Shown here piece after piece: positions 26,901 to 40,269 of a DNA stretch of 64,000 nt. Source of the DNA: Calcarisporiella thermophila CBS 279.70 (taxonomy: Eukaryota > Fungi > Calcarisporiellomycota); the NCBI RefSeq assembly GCF_041956535.1, contig NW_027192191.1:1313443-1377442 (forward strand), given 5' to 3'. The notes under the pieces are model-generated. The model was given only the letters and a program-made list of their open reading frames with translations. It ran no database searches and was not told the DNA's origin. The translations under genes were made by a program, and so were the position numbers. The stretch's first letter is position 1. Every line of letters starts with the position of its first letter.

Positions 26901-28438
26901 ACAACTAACTCCTTCTTTTAGATGAAGCCGCAATTCCTCTAGATGGGGAACAAGAGCATCCACTCCATACACTGGTGCACATGCTACAAGCGTCTCGAAT
27001 GCGTCTCTCTACGGCAAAGAAATTAAATCATGAAATTAGATTTAAAACCGTTAATAAGAAAAATTACGGACCTTTGCATTCCCAGAGCTAGATGACATCT
27101 TTTCTAATAATAGTGGCATAGCGAACTTTGCAAAGAGAGGAGACGAGGAAAGACATGCCCTAATTATGAAATCTTAAGTTTAAACCTCCTTACATTAAAT
27201 ATAAATGTTATACAAACCTAAGATTGATTTTCAAGTCTTCGGCAGTTATCCCATAAGGATCATCAGGAGGCGGTCTAAATGTAATCGGAAAATAGCAAAA
27301 CGTGACCTCAAACAAATCCTGCAAGAAAAATATAGAGATGTCGTGTGAGATATATGATGATCCTCACTAATATATAGTTTGTTTGGAGGTTTACCTCGAC
27401 ATGGTTTGTGATATCAAATTCATCTATTATGCGTTTTGCTAATGTAAACGCAAGCATTAGGTTGCGTGGATCCTTTTCCCCATCCAACGCTTGCACAAAT
27501 CCGAGTACGAAATCCGATCCAAGTTTTTTTAAAGCTAATGCACGTAGTGTCATTCAGCTCATTTTTTAAAAGCAAATTCAAAAAAAAAAGGATCAAACCT
27601 TGAAGATACTCGTGCATTAACCCATCAAATATTTGGAATATCACATATCTTGTTGCTTGTTGAAAATTTTGCACGCTAATTGTCGAAAATATTCTTTTTA
27701 AAAAGAATATACAATTATTATTTAGCCAGTTTATATACAAGATCTTATAGACTTACGCCTTTGTCACTTTCAAAGCATCTTCATCAGTAAAACTTGGGAA
27801 TTTTTGTAGTGTAAGTATCCCCTTAAGTAGCTCTGGAACACATACTGTGTCTGATAGTCTTTCACAAAAAAAATCGACTAAAACAGTAGCTGATAAATTA
27901 AAATGATGGGAACAAAATAATAGATAAGCATTACTACGCAGATGAAAAACAAATATAGATAATACTTACTTTCTTGTTTACTGACTAGTGTAGCGGGACA
28001 TTTTGCTAGGACAGTAGAGAGAAGTTCAATTCCTGAACAAAAACTAGAGCATTAATTCAACTTTTTAAACTTGAATTTTACTCATCCACTAGCATTGTAC
28101 CTTTAGCGCGAACAATTGCTTCGTCACTGGTCAAATATTCACCAAGCGCTTGAACAAGTTCAAGTAAACCATTTTTATTTCCATGATCAGCTACAACTAC
28201 GTAGAGAATAAAACGAATTAATATGGAAGATCAAAATAACTACAGCTCCAAATAATCTGATAATTTTTTGAATTGCGAGTTGCCACCATTTCTTATCAAG
28301 TAGATAGCTGAAGCTTAAAGGTGCGGAATTCTTTAATTTACCTTGAATGATTGCATCTCGTACAGTCGATAATTCATTGTAAGAATCCCCTGAAGAAACC
28401 CCTGTTATATAATTTCTCACGTATCGCTGTAGAGACAT
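23922..28438 (-). CDS. MMS19: MMS19/Met18 cytosolic Fe-S assembly targeting subunit (HEAT repeats); many exons
   Basis: GEKDPRNLMLAF, FCYFPITFRPPPDDPYGITAEDLK, LLYKQRFF, LDDRKRLVRREAVECRAKW. Confidence 0.93.
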
Positions 28439-28605
28439 GTTCTATAATTCTAAAATGATCTCGAGGCTTAATGAAAATAAACATATATTTTAAGATTATA
28501 TAATACGCCGCAGCTTAAATTTGTTTGTCAAAAATTAAATCAGATGTTATATGCATGTAAATATTTAAAGACAACAAGTCCCTTTATTTTTCTTAGTAAA
28601 ATGCT

Positions 28606-30930
28606 TTAAAACTTCCAAGATTTCCATCGTTCGTCAAACTGCTCTTCCTCAATGGCTTGAATTCCATCCTGTTCACCGACATTGTCACCAGAGACAGCCA
28701 ACCTCTTTCCACTAGACTTAAACAAGTACTTAGGCGTTTCGAAAGCCAGGGCCGGTTCTTTCTTTTGCTTTCGAGCCAAATCTGCTTCAATCATCTATAG
28801 ACAAACGAGAATTAATGATATGAAAAGTTTCTTGAATAGCTTCCACCTACAGATCCATAGGTATGATCCAAGAAATCCTCAAGTACAAATGACTGCTTAT
28901 CAAACTTCTCCGAAAATATTTTTGCCAACGAAGATACATTAGGATAGTAGTGTTCTTGAAGCATCTTAACTTCCCATAACGAGCTCTCTTGGGCTCCGCA
29001 GCGATATGGATCAAGCTCATCAAAATTGTACGGATCTTGATCAACAGCTGTGGGGGTATCGCGATGAATTAGTGACATACAAATTGGATGAGCCTTGAGG
29101 AGATTGTAAATCATAGGAATGAGAATCACTATTCCAGAAGGAGGCGCTGAAAGAGAAAGACGAGCAAATCGTTTTATGAAGGCAGCTATTAAAGTGGTCG
29201 GGAGATATCTATAATCAAAAAATTAATACGAGACAAAATAGGTTATAATTTGCATATGAAAGTTACTTAGAGCTCATAAAGAGGGTCAATAGCCGGAAGA
29301 ATCGGGAGCGGTATTTAACATGCATTACGTTACGGTCAAGAAGCTGATAAAGCTTAGGATAGAAGTCTGGGTAATCTCTAAAAAGAGTGAAATAGTTCTC
29401 GAGTCAAAAGTCTGCTAAACAATGTATAGTAGGAGTAGTTACAGGTTATGCTCGTTAATTAAGGTGAATAGACCGTTTAACGCTAATAATGCAATGGACC
29501 CTCCTTGGTTATAAGAATCAGTCAAGAAATCCATGAGCATAGTTGGTTGAGGCATGTGTGGAATAATCCTTTTATGTATAATGAGGAGCGTCTTCTTGTA
29601 TATAGCAGGTGTAAGTGGGAGACGTAATAAGGCAAGCCAACAATCAGCATACGCGCGACGGTGAGGAAGTAATTGTAGGAGCAAGGGGCGTGTATCTGCC
29701 ATGGGTTTATTATCGATGTGTGGCTTGTTAGGTTTAGATTCTGTTATTTCATCGTCATCTGAAAAAAATAGAGAATCCGCAGCAATCGCATCGTCAACAC
29801 CTTTATCCGATTTGTTTTCACTTGTATTTACTTGCTCTATTGAACAAAAGTTACTTAGTATACTATTATATATAAAATAAGATTTATAATGACAATACCT
29901 GGTGCAGGATGTCCTGTCCAAAATTCATCAAGTTCGCTCTCCTCAGTGGGCATTGTTCTTAGATTCTCAAGTATAGCAAAGACATTTTCCATTATTACCG
30001 ATGGGGGAACAGTCCTTTTTTTTCTATTTGTTAAAAATAAAATAATAAAAATTATTATTATAAAAAATAATACAAACGGTGTTTGACTCTGAGTTCAAAT
30101 GATACATACCTTGGACTTATTATTGTTTTCTGGAGCATCAGACAATTCACTCATAATTTTCCTAATTGAGTAACAACACATTAATATAAATGAACTTCTC
30201 TTGCAAATCTAGGCTATGCTTACACTGCATTCTTGAGAAAATAGTATCGAATGTCATCGAATACGTTTATATACTTCTCCACAAATTCGGTCTGCAATGG
30301 CTGCGAAAAATTATGTGTTCCGAGCAAAGCATTTAAAACTCGATAAAAATGGTTATTTGCGAAATGATGGCTCCCCGATTGAGAAGTTAGGAGCTGTGAT
30401 TCTAATTTGAGAATTTCCATAAGCACATTGAGGGCAGGAACTTGAAGACCGGGCTCTTCAGATTGAAGTAGTGCGAACAAGCGAGTGAGGTAGCGGAGGT
30501 AGTTATCCCGCAACCAAATAGTAACTGTAGTTGTCGAATCTTCAGAATTCTTCTGCTTCGGCTTTTGAAGATCTCCTTTCGTTATATAGCGAGAGAATAT
30601 ACGAAATAGTGCATGAAATGCAGCATGTATAATTTGTGGAGGATTATTCTATATTTTAAAAATAAATTTTTTAAGCAAATGGACCGTATTATCAGAGCAG
30701 ATAATAACATACTTCTGTAAGATCCAACAATTCAACTATATTGTTAAGATTTGCCTTGCTCTGGTGGACACTCCGCTCGAGCTCACGAATGTGAGCAATT
30801 GTTGTTTTAATTACCTCTTTAGAAAGAGCCTATTCAAAAATAAGATAACTAAATTTTGAAGCAAAAGCTAAAGCATTTTGTTCTATACCTTCTCATTATA
30901 TTCCCTCTTGCGTTTCTTCAGTGGTGCCAT
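28606..30930 (-). CDS. NOC4: Nucleolar complex protein 4 (CBF/Mak21 domain)
   Basis: DDIRYYF, LMDFLTDSYNQGG..LLALNGLF, DYPDFYPKLY, AFIKRFARLSL, SSLWEV..HYYPNV, FLDHTY. Confidence 0.92.
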
Positions 30931-31088
30931 TTTCTATATATTAATGTAATGGTTGATAGTAAGAAGAGCAAATAAAAAAGTAGTCAAAATACGCCACATA
31001 TTTGTTTATATTGTGGCTTTGAAAAAACGTCTAATAAGGACTATTCACATATATAGAGTCTCATAATTCTGGGAGATCCAAGGAATCT

Positions 31089-31898
31089 ATGATAGCCATG
31101 GCAAGACACCCCCTTTTTCTCCTCTCGCGCTCAATAGTTCCGCGCTATTTTCTTCGTAATAGTAATCTTCGGATCGCACATCTTCACACTACCCCCATCT
31201 CCAAAGCAAATATTGGGATTCTTGGTCGCATGAATCCTTGGGCAAAGGCAACAAAACAGGTTGAAAGTCAACAGCCCAAGAGCGAAAAGCCTCACAACAC
31301 CAATGATAAGAATCCACTCGACAAGATTGATTTATCAATGGATGTTACGGTCGACAATGTGCTTGAAGAAGCTCCGTAAGTATATAATATATATTGCTTC
31401 TTATATTTGTTGCAATTTAACATTCAATTCTAATAGATGGAAGAGGGCAGATCCTATTACTGAACCGGAAGAGATTCGTAAAATTATCAAGGAGATAGTT
31501 TTATCTCATACGCAAGTGTCCGATGTTGGAGAGGAATGGCTCCAAATTAAATTGGATTCCACCGACCTCAAATTCCAGGTATTTGCGAGTGTTTCTTTGC
31601 ATTATCCACTCATTATTTAATTGTTTCAACTTTCTTATAGATCCTTAAAGAAAGCATTGTGAAAATAGGCAAGGATATCCCAAATCTAGAGTTGAATAAC
31701 ATTGCAACTATTCAAGATGCCGTTGATTACTTTATACAAGTTGAAGAACCTATCTCGAAGCAATCCCATCCTGTTGCATATTGGTTTAAGAATCATGCTG
31801 ACGAGCTCCCACCTAATATGCAATTCGTCCCATATGTGAAAGAGCGAGGAGTGAAGCGTGGAGAGCGGCTATCGGTAAAAAAGAGAGAGGGCTATTAA
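31089..31898 (+). CDS. Mitochondrial ribosomal protein mL50-like; 3 exons
   Basis: Basic presequence; W..IKLDSTDLKFQILKE..IGKDIPNLELNNIATIQDAVDYF, LPPNM resembles Ribosomal_L50. Confidence 0.7.
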
Positions 31899-32088
31899 AG
31901 ATCACATTTTCATATCACGTGTAAATATAAATTCTATATTTTAATCGAATTAGAATGATAAAAAGTAAAATGATAAAAGCTTAAGATATCAATATACATT
32001 AAAATTGTATAGTAGCGAATGATATATAAATATGGAACTACTATGAATATCGTTAATTTATAAGGGTTACTCTACAAAGTCATGGAGC

Positions 32089-34199
32089 TCAATATCGCTC
32101 TGATCGCCAAATTTTATGTATTTTTTCACTTAGCGTTGGACCAACTCTCTTTCGCGTTACTACACTGTTGCATACTCTACTAATCATTAGTGCCTCTTCC
32201 CCTTCCTCCACACGCACATATGCGTCGAATAGAGAGCGTGGAGTTTCATATCGCCGCACGATCTCAGCGGCTCTATCTGTGCTGACACCACGTATCGTTT
32301 TAAGCATTTTAACGAACAAGTCTCCTAAGCAGAGTGTTCGATATTTGCTATTAAGCTCCGAATAGGCAACATATGGAACAAGATAAATGCGACTTGGATA
32401 CTTGATAGCAAGTTGTCTTTTTAGGGCAAGAAAAGTGGCACGTTCAATGACGGAAGATGGGATACCAAAAAGCTGGGAGTCCTGTAAGTAAAACGCTCTG
32501 TCAACTTCACTGGAACAAGAATTCTGGATTAATTAGTAGTTATACCAGGTGCATTTTTTTGATGCTATGCGTTAAATATGCAAGATATTTGATGGATTCA
32601 TCAATCGTTGCCGTACGTTTAACGAAGAACTCGTCGACTACTTGAGTTGAAGAGATAGCTGACATAATAGCTTGCATGCCGAACTGCCTCGCTTCGTCTA
32701 CATTATAATCTTCTATTAAATAAATGATTTGCGAAGCACCAGATTGGCTGAGACGAAACTAAATGTTATGTTCGAGATTAGGCAGAAGAATACGAGAATT
32801 TAATATGTTTCTACCTTTTGTTCTTTAAATCGCCCATCTTTTATACTTTGCACTAAATCGTCCATACGCTTTCGTTCCACGACATAATCCAAAACCAATT
32901 CTTTCCCGGTTGCCTTCTCTTTAGCCACCCAAATAACATCGCCTAGTTCCAAGTTTCTGACCTCAACAGCCACACCCTCTTCCTCCAGTTTATCGGCAAT
33001 ATAATCCCTATCTTTTTTCATTCGTATTTCACGCGTGTCAAGCAAAAGTATAATTTCAAACGTATTAGGCGAGAAAACTATTGGATCAAAGGACGAAAGC
33101 GAATCTAAGTTTTCAGCAGGAATAGAACTACTGGTACGCGAGATGGATGGTAATTTTGACCCTGATGAATTAATCGGCAAAGAATGAGAACGTATTAGAG
33201 AACTGCTGAGGGAGCTATGTCCTGAGGGATAATCAGCATTAATAGCCGATAGATCATTTAAGAGGGTGGTTGAAGATCTATCCAATGTGTTACTGCTGTC
33301 AGGATAATCTTCGATTATAACTCTACCCGGATCTTCATTCTCAATATCTGGTAATTGAGCCGCGTTCTCGTCCAGACTACTGGATTCGACCGCGTGTAAT
33401 TGTTTCGCTTGTGCAGCTTTAGCAAGTTGTCGCGCAACTTCAATTCCAACATCCGTTAACATAAACCGTGTACCAGATTTGTATACATACTCCTTCTCCA
33501 GTAAAGTTTTCATTGAGCTCCAAGCCTTAAAATAACCTCCTTTTCCTGGTACATCGAAGGATGAATCGCAGTGAGGACGGGCGTCTTGGATTATATCCCT
33601 TTTTCCAATAAGAACGCCAGGGTTCAAATTATGATGCTTAAGAAGAGATATAAGAATGGCATAGGCCCCAGAACGGTAGACAGGGACATACATCCGTGCT
33701 TTGCGTTTTTTAGGCTGATTTTCGCTCTGAATTTCCTGGTCAGCCGAGTTTGTTCTTATTAATACAGTGTTTGAAGTGTGCCCATTGCTGCGCTTTTGAA
33801 ATGAAGTAGCTATTACAAAAAAATAGTTATAACAAACGCTGCTCTAGAATACTGGAATGCATGAAGTATCTACCCTCAGGCAATTGAGGCATTGGCAAAT
33901 TATTTTCACGACAATACTCCTCCATCTTTTTTTCTAGTCGCTTCACAATTCCGGGGCCAATATATGAGAGTTGTATAGCCTCTGCTGGATGCTGAAATGG
34001 AATTGGATAGGATTGCATAGAATCATAGGCCTAGTTTAAATCATGAGAATATTGTCTTGTCATATAACAATAATGCCCTAAAATCAACCTTCCGATAAGT
34101 ATGGTAGGCTTTATTTCCAGCGGCTTTGTAATCCTCTACCCACTCGCCGATCCATTGCAATAGTAGGGGGTTTCCACACGGCCGCGCTTTCAGGGTCAT
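32089..34199 (-). CDS. MUS81: Crossover junction endonuclease Mus81
   Basis: CGNPLLLQW N-terminus, HhH (YIGPGI), winged helix YVPVYRSGAYAIL..AWSSMKTL, ERCC4 LLLDTRE..LGDVIW..ERKRMDDL..SIKDGRFKEQK, C-terminal HhH. Confidence 0.95.
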
Positions 34200-34378
34200 T
34201 ATTATCTCAATAGCGCGACTTGAATGTACGCGTTCTCTATAATTATTATCCCGTTATGGGATCTTAAGATTCGGAAGTGATGATGTAATCATTTCTGAAC
34301 GAGATGTTTCCAAATCATCCCCTCACTCTCTTTCTCTCCTACTATAAATACCTTTGCCCGCTCATTTTCACGGGAATC

Positions 34379-35715
34379 ATGTCCAACAATAATCTAGTGG
34401 CAAGTGTTTCTGATTTAATAAAGATCCAGCATTTTCCTACTCAAAGAAATCAAAAATTTTTGTTACTCATTTTTTTTCTTTCAATTTGTATTAACTTTCA
34501 ACCAATCTATAGTCTACGGTCTATCGTTTTGTCATTGATGATGTGATAAGCAACGTTCGAAATGATTTTGAAGACATGGGTATAGATGAGGCCGTTCTCA
34601 TGGAATTGCAACGCGTTTGTGTCCCATTTTCTTTTTTTTATAAAGATGAGAATATTAATACTCTATCTAGTCTTGGGAACAGAAAGTGGCTGAATCACAA
34701 GTAGCTGGCCTCGGTGAACACGATGAAGAATATGATTATAATGAAGAGTACGAATCACAACAACTTCACTCCCAGCAACCTTCTGGTGAGACGGTAGGGT
34801 TTTAATTGATTTCTCGAGACATTTTTACAGAGAGATCTTACATATCAGTATATAGGCAGTACAGGCTGCTGCAAATCTTGCTACGTTGGCTTCTGCTAGT
34901 GTTGCTATCCAAAATACAGAATCAAATGGTGTCGGCCGCCCACAACCGTTTTTAGTAATTTTCTACTTTAATAATTAGACACAAGAATATTACATTAATG
35001 TTGTATTTTTAGCCTCCTCGATCTATTGAGGATCAATCGCAGATTGCCTCCCAGCTGCATTCCCAACAGCAACACCAACAGTTACAACAACAGCATCATC
35101 TACATCACCAACAACCAAAACCGCAGCAGCCGCAACAACAGACACAACAGGGAATGAGCGGGAACCGACTTGTTCTTCCTGGAGGAAGCGGTCGGATACC
35201 TCAGCTAGACGGTGCAGATGATACAATAGCTATACGACTTGAGGATATTGAATGTGATTTCACTATTACGCCTCGAACACGGCGGATTGCCCAGGTTGAT
35301 GGAGAAGAGGATGCGGTAAATTATAGTTGCTAAATAGCAACTTTTTAGTTTGCTTTTCCTAATATACTTCCACAAATATAGGACGATGATATCAACTCGG
35401 AACTAGACGATACCGATGAAGAAGAAGAAAATGCCGATGGGGAAGATGGTGCTGTTGGTGGCAACATTGTTCTGTGCCTTTATGATAAGGTAACCAATTG
35501 ATAAATTCTTTTAAAATCTACTACATATATAAATCTTCGTTATATATAGGTAACACGGACAAAAAATAAGTGGAAATGCATTCTCAAGGATGGTGTTGTA
35601 TTCCTAAATGGACGCGACTATCTATTTCACAAGGTAATCTAAATTCAAAGCTCCTAATTTAATCATTAAATCAAACTTCTCGATTCTCTAGGCCAATGGT
35701 GATTTTGAGTGGTAA
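34379..35715 (+). CDS. TOA1: TFIIA large (alpha/beta) subunit; multi-exon
   Basis: MSN..VSTVYRFVIDDVI, Q-rich linker, DINSELDD, VLCLYDKVTRTKNKWKCILKDG, ANGDFEW-stop. Confidence 0.95.
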
Positions 35716-36071
35716 AAAGCTGGAGATTCTGGACTATAAAATATGCTCTTTCCAGCTGGCTCCATCTTCTTTTTTTTTTGTATTTCCTCTCTCTCCTTCT
35801 CTTTCTGATGGCTGAAATGAAAGAAAAGAAAAACAAGAAAGAGAAATCGCCTTTATCTTAAATTTCTTTTGTACACTTTTTTGCACACTAGTGAGCAATG
35901 TTCTTTCTATAAAGATTCATCAAAGTTCTGCTATTTGACCCAGGTTGACTCAATGAATATCCATAAAGAAACCGGCTCAATGTTGTTCAATCAGTTTAGT
36001 ATTTTAACGCTCTGTTGAAAATGATGACTGGAAAAATAATTTTATGGCAAACAAATAATAAACACATATGT

Positions 36072-36702
36072 TCACAAGCGACGACCGCGACGACCACCCT
36101 TACGTCGAGTAGAATCAGTGGGAATCGGGGTAACATCCTCAATACGTCCAATCCGCATGCCAGCACGAGCCAATGCTCTTAATGCGCTCTGTCCACCAGG
36201 TCCAGGGGTCTTCGGCCCATTACCACCTACTGCTCTCATTTTAATGTGCAAGGCAGTGATGCCGAGCTCTTTGCATCTAGCAGCAACATCCTGTGCCGCC
36301 AACATAGCAGCGTATGGAGAGGATTCATCACGGTCGGCTTTTACTTTCATTCCACCGGTAACACGCACCATAGTTTCGCGACCAGATAGATCGGTCACAT
36401 GAACGAAGGTATCATTAAAGGAAGCGAAGATATGTGCAACGCCGAAAACAAGTTCTCCTTCGCGCACCTGCGGACCAAGTGAAATGTTCTCTTGGACTTG
36501 GGTTTTCTTTGCTTTTTTGCCTGACTGTTAAGAAGAATATAAACTACATTGTTAGGACTGGATTTAAAAAAGCCATCAAAACATTGAATCCTCCACTACA
36601 TCCCGCTATCATCATAATATGCAATGAGGTGTACAACATGACTTCATGTTATATTATCTCTTACATGGATATAGAGGATGGATGGATGGATGTACCTACC
36701 AT
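36072..36702 (-). CDS. RPS14: 40S ribosomal protein uS11/S14
   Basis: [23 protein letters not shown]...[24 protein letters not shown]. First exon is probably only ATG (36700-36702) before GTAGGT; start is uncertain. Confidence 0.93.
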
Positions 36703-38047
36703 AGTAGATTTATGGACTTAAAGAGAGGAATAACTATATTATGCAATATAATAATCTATATCTTCTCTCTAAGCTGCGTCTTGTCACACAAAGTCTTTTT
36801 CCCTTTAAATGTGCCTTCAATGTGACCATCATCTACAACGTTTCTTTGAAAATATTGATGAGTTACCCATTCTACATTTTTTTATTGCAACTTAAGTAAT
36901 ATCTACTTATGGCTGTTTGATGAAATATATAAATACAAGAATCATACCTGAAAAATAGAATTGCAGCAGATATTTATCAACATTTTTGCACAGTAGTGAA
37001 GAAACCTCAAGTGTATAAACACTCCTATCATAATAATTCGTAAATTTAGGTTTAGAGAATCTATTTTTTTAACTTTTAGAGGAGACCCGGCGTGCTAACC
37101 AGCTATATCATGATATCAATCTCTATTATCTCTTTAAACTTGTTTCATTTTTCTACAGAAGAAGGGTGTCCTCCAAAAGGCAACATCAGCAAAGAAATTG
37201 GCCATGGCCGAGAGTGCGAGATCTCTCTTGTGGAACAAAACAAGAAAATAATAGGTTGGTTATCTTATTATTAGCATCATAATATAGTTGGATGACGAGC
37301 TGGGGCCTCTCCAACAGATTAAAAGCTGCAAAATAAAGGGGAAAAAAATGCCATATTCGAAAAATTTTTTGATAGTAAAGACAGCCAATTGTAAATGTTT
37401 ACTAATCAAAACCTACTATCATTCTTATGCTACCCAATCAACAACTTTTGAACAGTTCCGAAATTCTCTAAAGGAGGCAGTAAAATCATCTAATATTGCA
37501 GAAATATTGCGAATACCTAGAGTTATGTATTTTTTGCACTACTGCAGTGTTTTATTATCGTAGCGATGTAGCGTAATAGCTGATTGAACATGGCCTTTTT
37601 CTGCCATAAATTACAATTAAAAGGTATAGATATTATGATACTCCATGAATGAGATTTACAGGAAGCGAGTCATGATTTAATCTGATTTTGATATATTGAT
37701 ACTATAACTTATTTATTGAAAAAAAAAAAAGAATTGCATATGTTATCATTATTGTTCATTGCAGACCCTCTTAATATATTCTTCAGACATGAATATATTA
37801 AAACAAACTGTATTGCTTGCTTGCGTAGACGTGTGCCCGAAACTCGAGTATGTTTGGGAACTTAAATGATCTGATTTTCTTATTGTTATTCATCACTCAA
37901 TATGGTATAGTGGTTTTGAATTATTTCCATTTCAAAACAATGGAATCTCCTTCGATTAATCAGCAAAGCCTCGAAAATTATCTCCGACCTAGTTAGTATA
38001 TAAGTAAGTCTTCTGAGTGGGTATGAGCTAATCCCAAGAGCAGCAAC

Positions 38048-38846
38048 ATGTCACAGCATATAATTCAGATTGATATTGTTTCCGATGGTAAGTTATTGCC
38101 CATTGTCAGTCCTTTCACTTAATTTCCTTTGTCCTTTTATCAGAATTTCTTCTCTATTACAGTCGATACTTTTTTTTTACACTAGCATGGTATTAAACAT
38201 ATTTATGTTAGTTACATGTCCTTGGTGTTACATCGGAAAGCGTCGTCTAGAAAGAGCTATACGCAGTTTTCAGTTAAATCACTCTGAAGTCCAATTTAGC
38301 ATTGAATGGCACCCTTATCTACTTGATCCAGTTACACCACCTCGTGAGAGTTATAAAAGAATGGATCGAATGCGGCAGAAATTTGGTACACAAGCAGAAG
38401 AGGCCGTCAGTCGTGTAATCCAAATTGCTGAAACTGAGGGACTTAAAATGGTTTGGGATTATTATACCGGTTCAACTATTGATGCCCACAGATTAATCAA
38501 TCTTGCGAAGCAACTTGATAATGGTGATAAAATGAGGAGTCTTGAGAATGCTATCGTAGAGGCGCTCTTCTCAGCTATACATGTACAAGGTAGAGATATT
38601 ACCCAATACGAAATCTTAGCAGATATTGCAGCAAGTGTTGGAATAGATAAAAGGATGGTGTTGGCATACTTGCAAACTCCACAAGGAGAGATGGAGGTAC
38701 GTCAGGAGGCTTCACGAAACTTCCGGCGTAATATCAATGGTGTTCCACATTTCCTTGTTGGTAAGAGATATGCTTTGGGTGGAGCCCAGGAAAGCGAGAT
38801 ATTTGTAGAGGTATTTGAGATGTTGTTAAAATTGGAGACCCCCTGA
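38048..38846 (+). CDS. DsbA/FrnE-like thioredoxin-fold oxidoreductase; one intron
   Basis: IDIVSDV|TCPWCYIGKRRL, WHPYLLDP, TIDAHRL, INGVPHF, GAQESE. Confidence 0.88.
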
Positions 38847-39365
38847 TGGCCCCTTGTATTATTTGTTTTTTTATTCACATTTTCATAAATAATCTTCCTT
38901 ATATTTCAAAAATTTCCGCTGTACGCTTTACTATGCAATCGGTGCTCTAATTAGTCGAAGTACACATTATCTAACTATTTTCCTTTATTTTCTATATTAT
39001 TTAACATACATTTCAAAGGTTATCAGATATGTTCTCATATTTTGTAATTGTTGCAAATATAACGGAATACTTGCAGAGTTTTTGAAAGAATCGCCTAGCA
39101 CTGATTACGCCATCGAGAGCAATGAAAAGGGTTAGGTAGACAAGCCACAAATGATATTCACTCTGACTTTCCATTCTAAATAGCCTACACAGTTGTAGAT
39201 GCACAGACCTCAATGATGCAATACACCTATATAGTCTCATCTAATATCTAGCACGCTTTTTTTTTTATACTTTGCCCTAAAAACTTATCGGCTACATATA
39301 GCTTGCTATTTGGAAATCATCTATGGTAAAGATTTACTGGGGAAAAAAAATTAATATAATTCTAT

Positions 39366-40269
39366 CCCTATAACAAATGGTCATAAGAAAAACGGAAGGA
39401 AAACACAAGGATGCAGGCAGAAAGGATGGAGATGCTCCAGATTTCAATATATTTTTNNNNNNNNNNNNNNNNNNNNNNNNNNNNNNNNNNNNNNNNNNNN
39501 NNNNNNNNNNNNNNNNNNNNNNNNNNNNNNNNNNNNNNNNNNNNNNNNNNNNNNNNNNNNNNNNNNNNNNNNNNNNNNNNNNNNNNNNNNNNNNNNNNNN
39601 NNNNNNNNNNNNNNNNNNNNNNNNNNNNNNNNNNNNNNNNNNNNNNNNNNNNNNNNNNNNNNNNNNNNNNNNNNNNNNNNNNNNNNNNNNNNNNNNNNNN
39701 NNNNNNNNNNNNNNNNNNNNNNNNNNNNNNNNNNNNNNNNNNNNNNNNNNNNNNNNNNNNNNNNNNNNNNNNNNNNNNNNNNNNNNNNNNNNNNNNNNNN
39801 NNNNNNNNNNNNNNNNNNNNNNNNNNNNNNNNNNNNNNNNNNNNNNNNNNNNNNNNNNNNNNNNNNNNNNNNNNNNNNNNNNNNNNNNNNNNNNNNNNNN
39901 NNNNNNNNNNNNNNNNNNNNNNNNNNNNNNNNNNNNNNNNNNNNNNNNNNNNNNNNNNNNNNNNNNNNNNNNNNNNNNNNNNNNNNNNNNNNNNNNNNNN
40001 NNNNNNNNNNNNNNNNNNNNNNNNNNNNNNNNNNNNNNNNNNNNNNNNNNNNNNNNNNNNNNNNNNNNNNNNNNNNNNNNNNNNNNNNNNNNNNNNNNNN
40101 NNNNNNNNNNNNNNNNNNNNNNNNNNNNNNNNNNNNNNNNNNNNNNNNNNNNNNNNNNNNNNNNNNNNNNNNNNNNNNNNNNNNNNNNNNNNNNNNNNNN
40201 NNNNNNNNNNNNNNNNNNNNNNNNNNNNNNNNNNNNNTCTCGTTTTTCTTATGACCATTTGTTGTAGGG
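39366..40269. mobile_element. TIR DNA transposon/MITE spanning the assembly gap
   Basis: 29-bp terminal inverted repeats at 39366-39394 and 40241-40269 (CCCTAYAACAAATGGTCATAAGAAAAACG, 1 mismatch), flanked by TAT direct repeats at 39363-39365 and 40270-40272. Confidence 0.75.
39457..40237. other. Assembly gap (N run)
   Basis: 781 consecutive N; true length unknown. Confidence 0.99.

Noticed and set aside
36525-36699. Possible intronic C/D snoRNA in RPS14 (ATGATGA box C)
   Set aside because: No downstream CTGA box D or terminal stem.
37081-37115. tRNA D-arm-like string on the minus strand (TAGCTGGTTAGCACGCCGGG)
   Set aside because: No T-arm/B-box or acceptor-stem partner downstream.
38048-38846. 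Selenoprotein candidate (some early-diverging fungi use Sec)
   Set aside because: The CPWC motif is encoded by TGT/TGT; no in-frame TGA.
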